From contig NZ_JBHSAF010000015.1 of the NCBI RefSeq assembly GCF_042649925.1, positions 264,075-288,074 on the forward strand: 24,000 bases of DNA, given 5' to 3'. Below the pieces are notes generated by a model that was not told the DNA's origin, ran no database searches, and worked only from the letters and a program-made list of their open reading frames with translations. The number at the start of each line of letters is the position of its first letter. Positions within the stretch are counted from its first letter, which is position 1. Shown piece by piece: positions 9,830-18,104 of this stretch. Origin of the DNA: Pseudaeromonas sharmana. GTDB lineage: Bacteria; Pseudomonadota; Gammaproteobacteria; Enterobacterales; Aeromonadaceae. The position numbers and the translations under genes are program-made.

Positions 9830-11584
9830 TTAGAAGTTGAATTGTCGTTTGGCGCGTTGCAGTTTCTCATAAGCTGCCAGCAGCTTTTGATGCAGCGGGA
9901 ACTGCTCTAGGCTCAGATCGCCGGCGGTGAGTCCGAAGAAACGGGCTTCACCATGGATATGTGCCCAGACCTGCTGGACTGCCTCGGCTCCAAACATTTT
10001 GTCAAAAGCAGGACGATAGGCCTCGGGAGCTCGTTCCGGCGAGAGATGAAGCTCTAAGCTGGCTTTAAGGCAGCGGAAGAAGTTAGCGCGCTCAGCGGTG
10101 AAAACAGTAGCGTTGAACTCCAGCGTCCAGTCAGTCCACTCCAGCGCAGTAGCAAGTTCTCCGGCGGCGAGTGCCAACAGGCATTTGAGTTCACCAACAC
10201 GCAGGGTGTGCCATCCGCTATCACGGCCAACGGCTAAGCCAATCAGCTCGCGAACCCGAGTCCGGTCGTCAAAACCTTCTTCATCAAGCATGTCATAGAA
10301 CGCCATATACTCTTCGGCTGCCCCATCGCTTTCAGGCAGGGCGAGAACCGCTTCACGCAGTCCGGCTCCCATATTGTTGTTGGCAATGACCAGATCTTCG
10401 GCAGGATAAATATCCGACATGCCAGGAACCAGAATGCGGCAGGCGTAGACACCGAGGTGTTCATAATCTGCGATGTAGACTGGCTGTTCCAGTTGTCCAA
10501 AGATGCCGATCAAGTGGTTGAATTCCTCTTCTGTCGTCCCGGCAAAATTCCAGTCGACAAACTCGAAGTCACTTTCGGTTTTAAACAGATCCCAGCTGAT
10601 GAGTCCTGATGAGTCGATAAAGTGGGTTTCCAGGTTGTGGTGATCCGCCACTTCATCATTATTGAACGATGGGGGAGCGAACACGTCCAAATCTTTCAGG
10701 CTACGCCCTTGCAGCAGCTCGGTCACAGTGCGCTCAAATGCGACTTCGAAACGAGGGTGGGCGCCGAATGACGCAAAACAGGTGCCATTCGCGGGGTTGA
10801 ACAAAACTACGCAGATAACTGGGAACTGGCCTCCTAATGAGGCGTCGTAGCAGAGAATTGGAAAACCCTCTTGCTCAAGGGTAGCTATCGCTTCCTGAAT
10901 TCCCGGGTAGCGGGCGATAACCGCTGCGGGGATCTCGGGCAACGAGATCGCTTCGGCAATAATACGATTCTTAACGTAACGCTCAAAAACCTCAGACAAA
11001 CCCTGCGTACGGGCTTCGGTTCGGGTGTTGCCGGCGCTCATGCCATTGGATACGTATAAGTTACCGACAATATTCATCGGTATATAAACAGTTTGCTGAT
11101 TGTCGTAACGAATGAACGGAAGGGCGCAAATGCCACGTTCTTCGTTACCCGATTGCAGGTCAACCAGCATGTCCGCAGAGAGTTCACCGGCCGGATCGTA
11201 ATAATTCAGCGTGTAGTCATCCAGCAATCCCGGAGGCAGCTCGCCGTCGTCAGGGATCGGAAACCACTTCTCGTTCGGGTAGTGAACAAACTCAGAATCG
11301 GCGATCGCCTCACCCAGGTAGAAGTCGGCGAAGAAATAGTTGGTAGACAGTCGCTCGAAATACTCACCCAGCGCAGAGGCTAACGCCGCTTTCTTGCTGG
11401 CCCCCTTGCCGTTGGTGAAGCACAGGGGACAGTCGCGGTCACGAATGTGAACTGACCAGACATGAGGAACCGGGTTCAGCCAGGATGCCTCTTCAATATC
11501 GAAGCCCAAGTCGCGCAACTTGGTCTGGAAGCGTTCAATCGAGGCTTCAAGGGCGGCATCTTTGCCAGGAATGAAGGTTTGCAT
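9830..11584 (-). CDS. ycaO: YcaO protein, E. coli stand-alone type (linked in E. coli to RimO-dependent S12 methylthiolation)
   Basis: MQTFIPGKDAALEASIERFQTKLRDLGFDIEEASWLNPVPHVWSVHIRD...GKGASKKAALASALGEYFERLSTNYFFADF is colinear with E. coli YcaO (MTQTFIPGKDAALEDSIARFQQKL...). The start is set at the homologous Met (complement of 11582-11584; 585 aa versus 586 aa in E. coli). The track's 28-codon extension to 11668 has no homology support. Confidence 0.9.
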   Translation of the reverse strand: MQTFIPGKDAALEASIERFQTKLRDLGFDIEEASWLNPVPHVWSVHIRDRDCPLCFTNGKGASKKAALASALGEYFERLSTNYFFADFYLGEAIADSEFVHYPNEKWFPIPDDGELPPGLLDDYTLNYYDPAGELSADMLVDLQSGNEERGICALPFIRYDNQQTVYIPMNIVGNLYVSNGMSAGNTRTEARTQGLSEVFERYVKNRIIAEAISLPEIPAAVIARYPGIQEAIATLEQEGFPILCYDASLGGQFPVICVVLFNPANGTCFASFGAHPRFEVAFERTVTELLQGRSLKDLDVFAPPSFNNDEVADHHNLETHFIDSSGLISWDLFKTESDFEFVDWNFAGTTEEEFNHLIGIFGQLEQPVYIADYEHLGVYACRILVPGMSDIYPAEDLVIANNNMGAGLREAVLALPESDGAAEEYMAFYDMLDEEGFDDRTRVRELIGLAVGRDSGWHTLRVGELKCLLALAAGELATALEWTDWTLEFNATVFTAERANFFRCLKASLELHLSPERAPEAYRPAFDKMFGAEAVQQVWAHIHGEARFFGLTAGDLSLEQFPLHQKLLAAYEKLQRAKRQFNF

Positions 11585-11813
11585 TGTCGAGAATTCCGCA
11601 GGAGTGAATGTTACCGGTCTGTTAACCGTAAAGTCGGCGCCAGTGTAATGGTAAGGGCGTGGAATCACCAGTTACTTAATCAGGCGGTTGCAGCAGCAAT
11701 AATGCAGATATTGCAATGTGTGGCATGTAGCATTGCGCAAAACGACTTGCAGACTTTGTGGCAATCCGTAATGTGGTCACTAGTCAAAAGATGTCTCCAG
11801 GGCAGGAAGGGAA

Positions 11814-12929
11814 ATGAAAAAAGTAGGTTTGATCGGTTGGCGTGGCATGGTGGGTTCGGTTCTGATGAGCCGGATGATGGAAGAAAACGACTTTGCGTTG
11901 ATTGACCCCGTGTTTTTCACCACGTCACAAGCCGGCCAGGCGGCCCCAAACTACGGCAAGGATGCAGGTCAGCTGCAGGATGCCTTCAATATTGATGCAC
12001 TGCGCGCCATGGACATCATCATCACCTGCCAAGGTGGCGATTATACCAAGGATGTCTATCCAAGACTGATGGCGACCGGTTGGAACGGCTTCTGGATTGA
12101 CGCGGCGTCAGCACTGCGGATGGAGGAAAATGCCATCATCATTCTGGATCCGGTCAACGGCCAGGTGATCGACTCGGCACTGAATCGCGGCTTGAAAACA
12201 TTTGTGGGTGGCAATTGCACCGTCAGCCTGATGTTGATGGCATTGGGGGGGCTGTTTGCCAATAACCTGGTGGAATGGATTTCCTCTTCCACCTATCAGG
12301 CGGCTTCGGGGGCAGGCGCGCGCCATATGCGCGAGCTTCTGACTCAGATGGGTACGCTGCGTGATGCGGTGGCTGCCGAGTTGGCCGATCCGGCCTCAGC
12401 CATTCTGGATATCGAGCGCAAGGTCACGGCAGCGATGCGAGATGATACTTTCCCGAGCAGCCAGTTTGGTGCGCCGTTAGCGGGCAGTCTGATTCCCTGG
12501 ATCGATGTGCCGCTGGCCAACGGTCAAAGCAAGGAAGAGTGGAAGGGAATGGCCGAGACAAACAAGATTCTCGGGCTTGGCACCGGCGACATTCCGGTTG
12601 ATGGAAACTGTGTGCGGATTGGCGCCTTGCGCTGCCACAGCCAGTCCTTCACCATCAAGTTGAAGGGCGATGTGCCGTTGAGCGAAATTCACCAGATGCT
12701 GGCTGCCCACAATGATTGGGTGCGTGTCATCGAAAACGATCGGGCCATCACGGTCAAGGAGCTGACGCCAGCCAAGGTGACCGGAACACTGAATGTACCG
12801 GTTGGGCGTCTGCGCAAGATGAACATGGGGAACGATTTCTTGTCGGCCTTCTCCGTTGGCGACCAGCTGTTATGGGGTGCCGCAGAGCCATTGCGTCGTA
12901 TGTTGCGGATCTTGCTCGCCAAGGCTTGA
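11814..12929 (+). CDS. asd: Aspartate-semialdehyde dehydrogenase
   Basis: [27 protein letters not shown]...[19 protein letters not shown]...[20 protein letters not shown]...[19 protein letters not shown] match E. coli Asd blocks, including the active-site GGNCT. An AAGGGA Shine-Dalgarno precedes the ATG. Confidence 0.97.
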   Translation: MKKVGLIGWRGMVGSVLMSRMMEENDFALIDPVFFTTSQAGQAAPNYGKDAGQLQDAFNIDALRAMDIIITCQGGDYTKDVYPRLMATGWNGFWIDAASALRMEENAIIILDPVNGQVIDSALNRGLKTFVGGNCTVSLMLMALGGLFANNLVEWISSSTYQAASGAGARHMRELLTQMGTLRDAVAAELADPASAILDIERKVTAAMRDDTFPSSQFGAPLAGSLIPWIDVPLANGQSKEEWKGMAETNKILGLGTGDIPVDGNCVRIGALRCHSQSFTIKLKGDVPLSEIHQMLAAHNDWVRVIENDRAITVKELTPAKVTGTLNVPVGRLRKMNMGNDFLSAFSVGDQLLWGAAEPLRRMLRILLAKA

Positions 12930-12948
12930 ATATCAATGTTGCGCGAAG

Positions 12949-12975
12949 AACCGGGCCAGAGGCCCGGTTTTTTTT
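12949..12975 (+). terminator. Rho-independent terminator of asd (touches the convergent lysO stop)
   Basis: AACCGGGCC (12949-12957) pairs with GGCCCGGTT (12961-12969) around loop AGA, followed by a run of eight T. Confidence 0.85.
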
Positions 12976-13880
12976 CATGTCAACGACAGGAAGAACAGCA
13001 TTAGCAGAGGGCCGAGCAAGCTGAGAATAAATCCGGAGACCACGGCAATGGGTACCATGGCCAAACCACCGGAGCGCTGAATGATCGGCAAGGTAAAATC
13101 GAGCGCAGTGGCGCCACCTAACCCGATGGCGGCCGAAGGGTGACGGCGCATCAGCAGCGGGATGGCCATTAACGCGAGCAACTCGCGAAACAGATCATTC
13201 AGGAAGGCAGTACTGCCTATCAGCGGGCCCAGCTCACCGCTGACCAGGATCCCCGAGAGCGAGTACCAACCGAACGCTGAGGACAGCGCCAGGCTCTGTT
13301 GCCAGGACCAGCCCAGCAACCAGCCGGCGATAAGGCCACCCAACCAACTGCTGACGATCAACAGCGCCGCAATTTTCACAGCCCATAGATTCAGCAGCAT
13401 CTGCCGCAATGACATCCCGGAGTTCCGCATTTGGATGCCGATTAGCAGCAGCAGTAACATCAGAGCCCAATTGCTCCACTCATGTACCGGTAGCGAATTT
13501 TTTTCCAGCAGCAGACCCAAGGCCGTACCGGCCACCACTACCAGTGCCATGCGCAGTGATTCCCATGCCATGCGCCACATCGACTGTTGCGCCAACGGGG
13601 CTTCCGGTCGTTGCTGCTGCTGACGACGATCGAGCCACCACAGTGCCAGCAGGTTGGCCGAACAGATGCACAAGGTGAGCAAGCCAGCGCTGCGAAACAG
13701 TGGCCACAGTTGCTGATCGAGTTGGTCGACAAATGCCAGTCCAATCCCCATCAAAAACAGGATCAGATACACCATCTGGCTGCAGAGCCACTGCAGCCGC
13801 TTAAGCCACTGGGGGGAGTGTAACGGGATGAGATAGCCGCATATGAGGGGAAACAGAATCAGGATAACGTCTAACAGCAT
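12975..13880 (-). CDS. lysO: Lysine exporter LysO (YbjE, DUF340 family) inner-membrane protein
   Basis: MLLDVILILFPLICGYLIPL...MVYLILFLMGIGLAF...GFGWYSLSGILVSGELGPLIGSTAFLNDLFRELLALM...GGATALDFTLPIIQRSGGLAMVPIAVVSGFILSLL is colinear with E. coli YbjE (MFSGLLIILVPLIVGYLIPL..., GFGWYSLSGILL, CGATSMDFTLPVLQRTGG). The start is set at the homologous Met (13880) rather than the track start (13949). Confidence 0.85.
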   Translation of the reverse strand: MLLDVILILFPLICGYLIPLHSPQWLKRLQWLCSQMVYLILFLMGIGLAFVDQLDQQLWPLFRSAGLLTLCICSANLLALWWLDRRQQQQRPEAPLAQQSMWRMAWESLRMALVVVAGTALGLLLEKNSLPVHEWSNWALMLLLLLIGIQMRNSGMSLRQMLLNLWAVKIAALLIVSSWLGGLIAGWLLGWSWQQSLALSSAFGWYSLSGILVSGELGPLIGSTAFLNDLFRELLALMAIPLLMRRHPSAAIGLGGATALDFTLPIIQRSGGLAMVPIAVVSGFILSLLGPLLMLFFLSLT

Positions 13881-14099
13881 GTCCTTTCTCGTCGTAAGCC
13901 GGGACACTCCTAACCAGCGAAGAGTGTTCTCGGGATCACATTCTGCCATACCTTGGTTGAGGATTTGCTGAATTGTTCAGCTTCAGTTGATGAGTGCAGG
14001 CGCTAGATGCTGTGTAGACCTGTCATCAACGACAGGTGCCAAGATCGAAATAAATGACTTTTGATTATGGCGCCAGTCCCTCATTTCTCTTAACAGATT

Positions 14100-15536
14100 A
14101 TGCCCATGACGTTTGCTTCTGATCTCCAGACCACCATCACTCACGCTGAGCTGGATGTGGAAAAACAGTTTATTCTCGAAGCCTTGTCCGCCAGCATGCC
14201 GGAGATGATCGCCATGCTGCGCACTGTTGTGGCCGATGCGAGCTGGCATCAGGCTGCCGAGGATAAGCAGCCATTTGGCTCTGGTGTCGCGGCCTGCCTG
14301 GACAACGTCTTGCTGGCTGGCGCAGCGCTTGGTTTCAGAACGGGGCGAGATGATGCGGGATACTATGGTTGGCTCGATGTGGGCGAGGGAGAGCCACAGC
14401 TCGGTGTGCTCTGTCATGTCGATCAGGCCCCCATTGCCGATGCGGACGCTTGGTTTAGCGATCCGCTGACGCTGACAGAGCGCAACGGCTTGCTGTACGG
14501 CCGTGGTGTGCAACAGAGCAAGGGCCCGTTGGTGGCCGTAATCATGGCCCTGGCCGTGCTGGTTCGCCACTCCATGCCGCTGCAACAGCCGATTCGCATC
14601 ATCATAGGCACCGATGGCGGTCAACAGGGACGCTGTATGGCCCGGTATCTGATGCACGAGCCGGCGCCGCTGTTGACGCTCTCTCCGGTCGGCGATGCCG
14701 AACTGGTTCTGGGTGAAAAACGCCGGTTGCAGGCCTACTTGTTGGCCCCTGGTTCCGAGGATTTGACGCTGGCATGCGGCGGCGAGTTTGATTGGATACC
14801 CGATCGGGCTTGCTATCATGGTAAACAGCAGAAGTTACTGCGCAAACAGCTGGATGTGTATGGTATTCCCTGGTTGGAGCAGGAGCATGCCACCCTGGTG
14901 CTAGGTCAAGCTGCCGCATCAGGGGATTGTCTTCATCAGGGGATTAACGCGATTGCGCGCCTCTGTCGTGGTCTCAACGCCATTGGCTATCAACATCCGG
15001 CGTTGGGGTTTTGTGCGCTAATCGTCGGTTCTGATCCTGGTATTCGAGCCTTGCTTGGGCCTGTCGCCGATGTGAGCGGTAGCTTGAGCTGCAACCTGGC
15101 CAGTTTGCGCCTCGATCACAATGAGGCCCGGATTGGTCTTGATCTGCGTGTTCCGGTCTCTGTCAGTTATGAGTCTATTTCCAAGCAACTAAAACAACGT
15201 GTTACCCAGCTTGGCTGGCAATACGAAGAGGTTCACCATCTGCCGCCATTATCACCATCGCTCTCTGAACAGGGCGTATCGCTGCTTCGCCAGTGTTGTC
15301 AGCATGTCACGGGACGGCCCTGCATGACGCATTATTCAGCAGGCGTATCCTTTGCCAGGGCGCTGCCAAATACTGTTCCTTTTGGCGCCATTTTGGCGGA
15401 CGTTCCCGATACCCGAGGGGCAGTCAATGAGCATATCAGTTCTGAAAACTTACTGATGACAGCACAAATCTATGCGCTGGCACTGATGGACCTACAAAAG
15501 TATCCACTGGCAACCATTTTGGGGCGCCAAAAATGA
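14100..15536 (+). CDS. Peptidase M20 family, PepV/Sapep-like dipeptidase homolog with a degenerate active site
   Basis: It is colinear by eye with PepV/Sapep blocks: LGVLCHVDQAP (family LGILCHVDVVP), GRGVQQSKGP (family RGTLDDKGP), IRIIIGTDGGQQG (family IHMIIGTDEESDW), SPVGDAELVLGEKR (family APDAEFPCIHGEKG), and C-terminal AVNEHISSENL. See the findings for the substituted catalytic positions. The overlapping antisense ORF 13983-14819 is treated as spurious. Confidence 0.8.
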   Translation: MPMTFASDLQTTITHAELDVEKQFILEALSASMPEMIAMLRTVVADASWHQAAEDKQPFGSGVAACLDNVLLAGAALGFRTGRDDAGYYGWLDVGEGEPQLGVLCHVDQAPIADADAWFSDPLTLTERNGLLYGRGVQQSKGPLVAVIMALAVLVRHSMPLQQPIRIIIGTDGGQQGRCMARYLMHEPAPLLTLSPVGDAELVLGEKRRLQAYLLAPGSEDLTLACGGEFDWIPDRACYHGKQQKLLRKQLDVYGIPWLEQEHATLVLGQAAASGDCLHQGINAIARLCRGLNAIGYQHPALGFCALIVGSDPGIRALLGPVADVSGSLSCNLASLRLDHNEARIGLDLRVPVSVSYESISKQLKQRVTQLGWQYEEVHHLPPLSPSLSEQGVSLLRQCCQHVTGRPCMTHYSAGVSFARALPNTVPFGAILADVPDTRGAVNEHISSENLLMTAQIYALALMDLQKYPLATILGRQK

Positions 15537-15591
15537 TGTTGTGCACCTCTATGCAACATTAGTGCGCGAATAATGCAAAAAGCTGCCATTT

Positions 15592-15609
15592 GTTGAATTT
15601 AAATTCGGA
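15592..15609. promoter_or_regulatory. ARG box (candidate ArgR operator) upstream of the ABC importer operon
   Basis: gtTGAATTTAAATTCGga compared with the ARG-box consensus wnTGAATwwwwATTCAnw gives 9/10 core positions and an all-A/T centre. It lies 124 nt upstream of the ATPase gene ATG. The flanking 18-mers (15572-15589 and 15612-15629) match at only about 5/10. Confidence 0.5.
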
Positions 15610-15732
15610 TTTATGCTTCTCAATCTGTAAATCATCTTGTAATTTGTCCGCAGGCTGGTTTTTTTTCTGTCACATCGGTACAGATTAATCAATGGATGAT
15701 GGTGTCGCGGCACCGCTAACAGGGTTGTAGGC

Positions 15733-16503
15733 ATGAGTGAGATACCCACACTTGAGGTCAGAGAGTTACATAAATATTTCGGATCTCATCAAGTATTGAA
15801 AGGCATCAATCTGACGGCGCATAAGGGAGACGTTATCTCCATTCTTGGGTCATCTGGATCTGGTAAATCCACATTCCTACGTTGTATCAATCTGTTGGAA
15901 ACCCCCTCAGCCGGCGAGGTCTATGTGCACGGCGAACTGATGCGCATGAAGACCAACAAGCTGGGTGAACGTCAGCCAGAAGATCGGCGCCAGGTTGAGC
16001 GCATCCGCTCACGGCTGGCGATGGTCTTTCAAAGCTTCAATCTCTGGTCTCACATGACAGTCCTGCAGAACGTTATCGAGGTTCCGGTACAGGTGCTGAA
16101 GATGCCGCGTGCCGAAGCGATCGAGAAAGCAGAAACCCTGTTACATCGCGTGGGGTTGTATGAGCGGCGTGATTATTATCCCGGCCACTTGTCCGGGGGG
16201 CAGCAACAGCGCGCGGCTATCGCGCGAGCCCTGGCGGTGGACCCTGAAGTCATGCTGTTTGATGAGCCTACCTCTGCGCTCGATCCCGAATTGGTTGGCG
16301 AAGTGCTGCAGGTGATGCGTAGCCTTGCTGAAGAGGGGCGAACCATGCTGGTGGTGACCCATGAAATGACTTTTGCACGGGATGTATCAAATCGGGTCAT
16401 GTTCTTGCATCAGGGAGTGGTGGAAGAGGAGGGGGTGCCGGAGGCAGTCTTTGGCAGTCCTAAATCCGAACGTTTCAAGCAATTTATTTCCTCAGTGTAC
16501 TGA
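15733..16503 (+). CDS. hisP: Basic amino acid (His/Lys/Arg/Orn type) ABC transporter ATP-binding protein, HisP-like
   Basis: Walker [37 protein letters not shown], signature [15 protein letters not shown], Walker [20 protein letters not shown] and [10 protein letters not shown] are all close to E. coli HisP. The symbol reflects family similarity and is not a proven ortholog. Confidence 0.92.
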   Translation: MSEIPTLEVRELHKYFGSHQVLKGINLTAHKGDVISILGSSGSGKSTFLRCINLLETPSAGEVYVHGELMRMKTNKLGERQPEDRRQVERIRSRLAMVFQSFNLWSHMTVLQNVIEVPVQVLKMPRAEAIEKAETLLHRVGLYERRDYYPGHLSGGQQQRAAIARALAVDPEVMLFDEPTSALDPELVGEVLQVMRSLAEEGRTMLVVTHEMTFARDVSNRVMFLHQGVVEEEGVPEAVFGSPKSERFKQFISSVY

Positions 16504-16527
16504 TCTATTTCAATCAAGGAGTTAGAT

Positions 16528-17301
16528 ATGAAAAAGGTGTGGTTTGCAGCCCTGCTGGCGGTCGCGGTTTCCGGTGCAGTCGAAGCCAAGGAGTGGAAGA
16601 GTGTGCGTATCGGTATCGAAGGGGCCTACCCGCCTTTTTCGCGCACCGAAGCTAATGGTGATATGACCGGGTTTGATGTCGACATGGCCAAGGCGCTGTG
16701 CGAGGAAATGAAGGTCAAGTGCACCATAGTGCAGCAGGATTGGGATGGCATGATTCCGAGTTTGCTGGCGCGTAAGTTTGACGCCATCATTTCGACGATG
16801 GATATCACGCCAGAGCGTCTTAAGCGTGTCGACTTCTCCGATAAGTACCAGCACGTTCCGGCACGCTTTGCGACCAAGAAAGGTACTCCGCTAGAGCTGA
16901 CGGCCGAGTTCATGAAGGGCAAGAAGGTGGGCGTGCAACGCGCTACATCAATGGACTCGTACATCACCGATAACTTCCCGGCAGCGGATATCAAACGCTA
17001 TGGTACGGCCGAAGAGGCCTATCTCGATTTGAAGGCTGGGCGCGTAGATTATGTGCTGGCTGATTACGCCTCCTTGCTGGATGGGCTGATCAAGAAGGAA
17101 GATGGTGCTAATTATGAGCTGGTCGGCCCGGGGCTGACGGATCCGCGCTGGTTTGGTATCGGTGCCGGTGTGGCGCTGCGCAAGGGCGATGCCGAGCTCA
17201 AGGCGTTGTTCAACAAGGCGATCAAGGACATCCGTGCCAACGGCAAGTACAAGGCGGTCAACGACAAGTACTTCGATTTTGATGCCTACGGCGATAACTG
17301 A
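16528..17301 (+). CDS. Periplasmic basic amino acid binding protein (HisJ/ArgT/LAO family)
   Basis: Signal peptide MKKVWFAALLAVAVSGAVEA followed by KE. GFDVDMAKALCEEMKVKCT, WDGMIPSLLARKFDAIIS and the C-terminal KYFDFDAYG match HisJ blocks (GFDIDLAKELCKRINTQCT, LIPSLKAKKIDAIMS, KKYFDFDVYGG). An AAGGAG Shine-Dalgarno is present. Confidence 0.92.
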   Translation: MKKVWFAALLAVAVSGAVEAKEWKSVRIGIEGAYPPFSRTEANGDMTGFDVDMAKALCEEMKVKCTIVQQDWDGMIPSLLARKFDAIISTMDITPERLKRVDFSDKYQHVPARFATKKGTPLELTAEFMKGKKVGVQRATSMDSYITDNFPAADIKRYGTAEEAYLDLKAGRVDYVLADYASLLDGLIKKEDGANYELVGPGLTDPRWFGIGAGVALRKGDAELKALFNKAIKDIRANGKYKAVNDKYFDFDAYGDN

Positions 17302-17320
17302 TGCCAGTAGTTAGTCTGTC

Positions 17321-17342
17321 ACGGGCCTGCGGGCCCGTTTTG
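17321..17342 (+). terminator. Intercistronic hairpin or weak terminator after the binding-protein gene
   Basis: ACGGGCC (17321-17327) pairs with GGCCCGT (17332-17338) around loop TGCG, followed by TTTTG. It sits between the binding-protein stop (17301) and the permease start (17353). Confidence 0.45.
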
Positions 17343-17352
17343 TCTGGATGCC

Positions 17353-18096
17353 ATGATGTTTGATCTGAAGGGATATGAGGCGTCGCTGCTGGAAGGCGCC
17401 TGGATGACATTACAGGTCGCACTGCTCTCGGTTCTCCTGGCTGTCTGTCTGGGCATGGTGGGAGCCCTGGCCAAGCTGTCACGGATCCGCCTGGCCCGGC
17501 GCACCGCGACTTTTTATACCACCCTGGTGCGCGGGATACCGGATCTGGTGCTGATGATGCTGCTGTTCTTCGGTGGGCAGGTGTTCGTCAATTTCATCTG
17601 TTCGACCGTCAATGAGCATCTCAATTCCTGGTTCGGCGCCGGAAATCCGAATTGGGAGTGGCACGCCTACCTTCCAGATTATATTGATATCAGTCCGTTT
17701 ATTGCGGGAGTCTTGACGATAGGATTCATTTTTGGGGCCTACATGACCGAGACTTTCCGTGGAGCCATTCTGGCGGTGGATCGCGGTCAGCTTGAGGCTG
17801 CACATGCTTACGGCATGACGCCCAGCCAGGTGTTTCGCCGTGTACTGTTTCCGCAAATGGTGCGCCACGCGCTGCCAGGTTTTGGTAACAACTGGCTCGT
17901 CTTGCTAAAAACCACGGCTCTGGTGTCGGTGATTGGATTGGATGACATGGTTCGCAAGGCGGCTCTGGCGGCGGGAACCACACAGTTACCGTTTACCTTC
18001 TACATGGCCGTTGCACTGATTTTTCTGGTCTTTACTGCGGTTTCCACCACCTTGCTCAAGTGGGCGGAGCGTCACTATGCCATTCAGACGAGGTAG
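17353..18096 (+). CDS. hisQ: ABC transporter permease, HisQ-like
   Basis: YTTLVRGIPDLVLMMLLFFG, GFIFGAYMTETFRGAILAV, EAAHAYGMTPSQVFRRVLFPQMVRHALPGFGNNWLVLLKTTALVSVIGL match E. coli HisQ, including the EAA loop. It carries a roughly 18 aa loop insertion (NEHLNSWFGAGNPNWEWHAYLPDY) relative to E. coli HisQ. Confidence 0.9.
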   Translation: MMFDLKGYEASLLEGAWMTLQVALLSVLLAVCLGMVGALAKLSRIRLARRTATFYTTLVRGIPDLVLMMLLFFGGQVFVNFICSTVNEHLNSWFGAGNPNWEWHAYLPDYIDISPFIAGVLTIGFIFGAYMTETFRGAILAVDRGQLEAAHAYGMTPSQVFRRVLFPQMVRHALPGFGNNWLVLLKTTALVSVIGLDDMVRKAALAAGTTQLPFTFYMAVALIFLVFTAVSTTLLKWAERHYAIQTR

Positions 18097-18104
18097 CAGA
18101 CAGC

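Noticed and set aside
9830-11668. YcaO as a possible marker of a RiPP (azoline/thioamide) biosynthetic cluster.
   Set aside because: The protein is colinear with the E. coli stand-alone YcaO and sits in the conserved ycaO-focA-pflB-pflA arrangement. No precursor peptide, dehydrogenase, TfuA or E1-like partner gene is adjacent. The neighbours on both sides are housekeeping genes.
13881-14099. A possible lysine riboswitch (L-box) in the lysO leader.
   Set aside because: I read both strands for the ordered conserved L-box segments and found only isolated short matches (AGGCGC, CTGTCA). The multi-helix core was not present. A covariance-model search would be needed to be certain.
15650-15668. 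A T8 run (ggctggttttttttc) downstream of the M20 homolog as a possible terminator.
   Set aside because: I could not find a convincing GC-rich stem immediately upstream of the T-run, so I do not call a terminator. The M20 gene's 3' end is therefore undefined.
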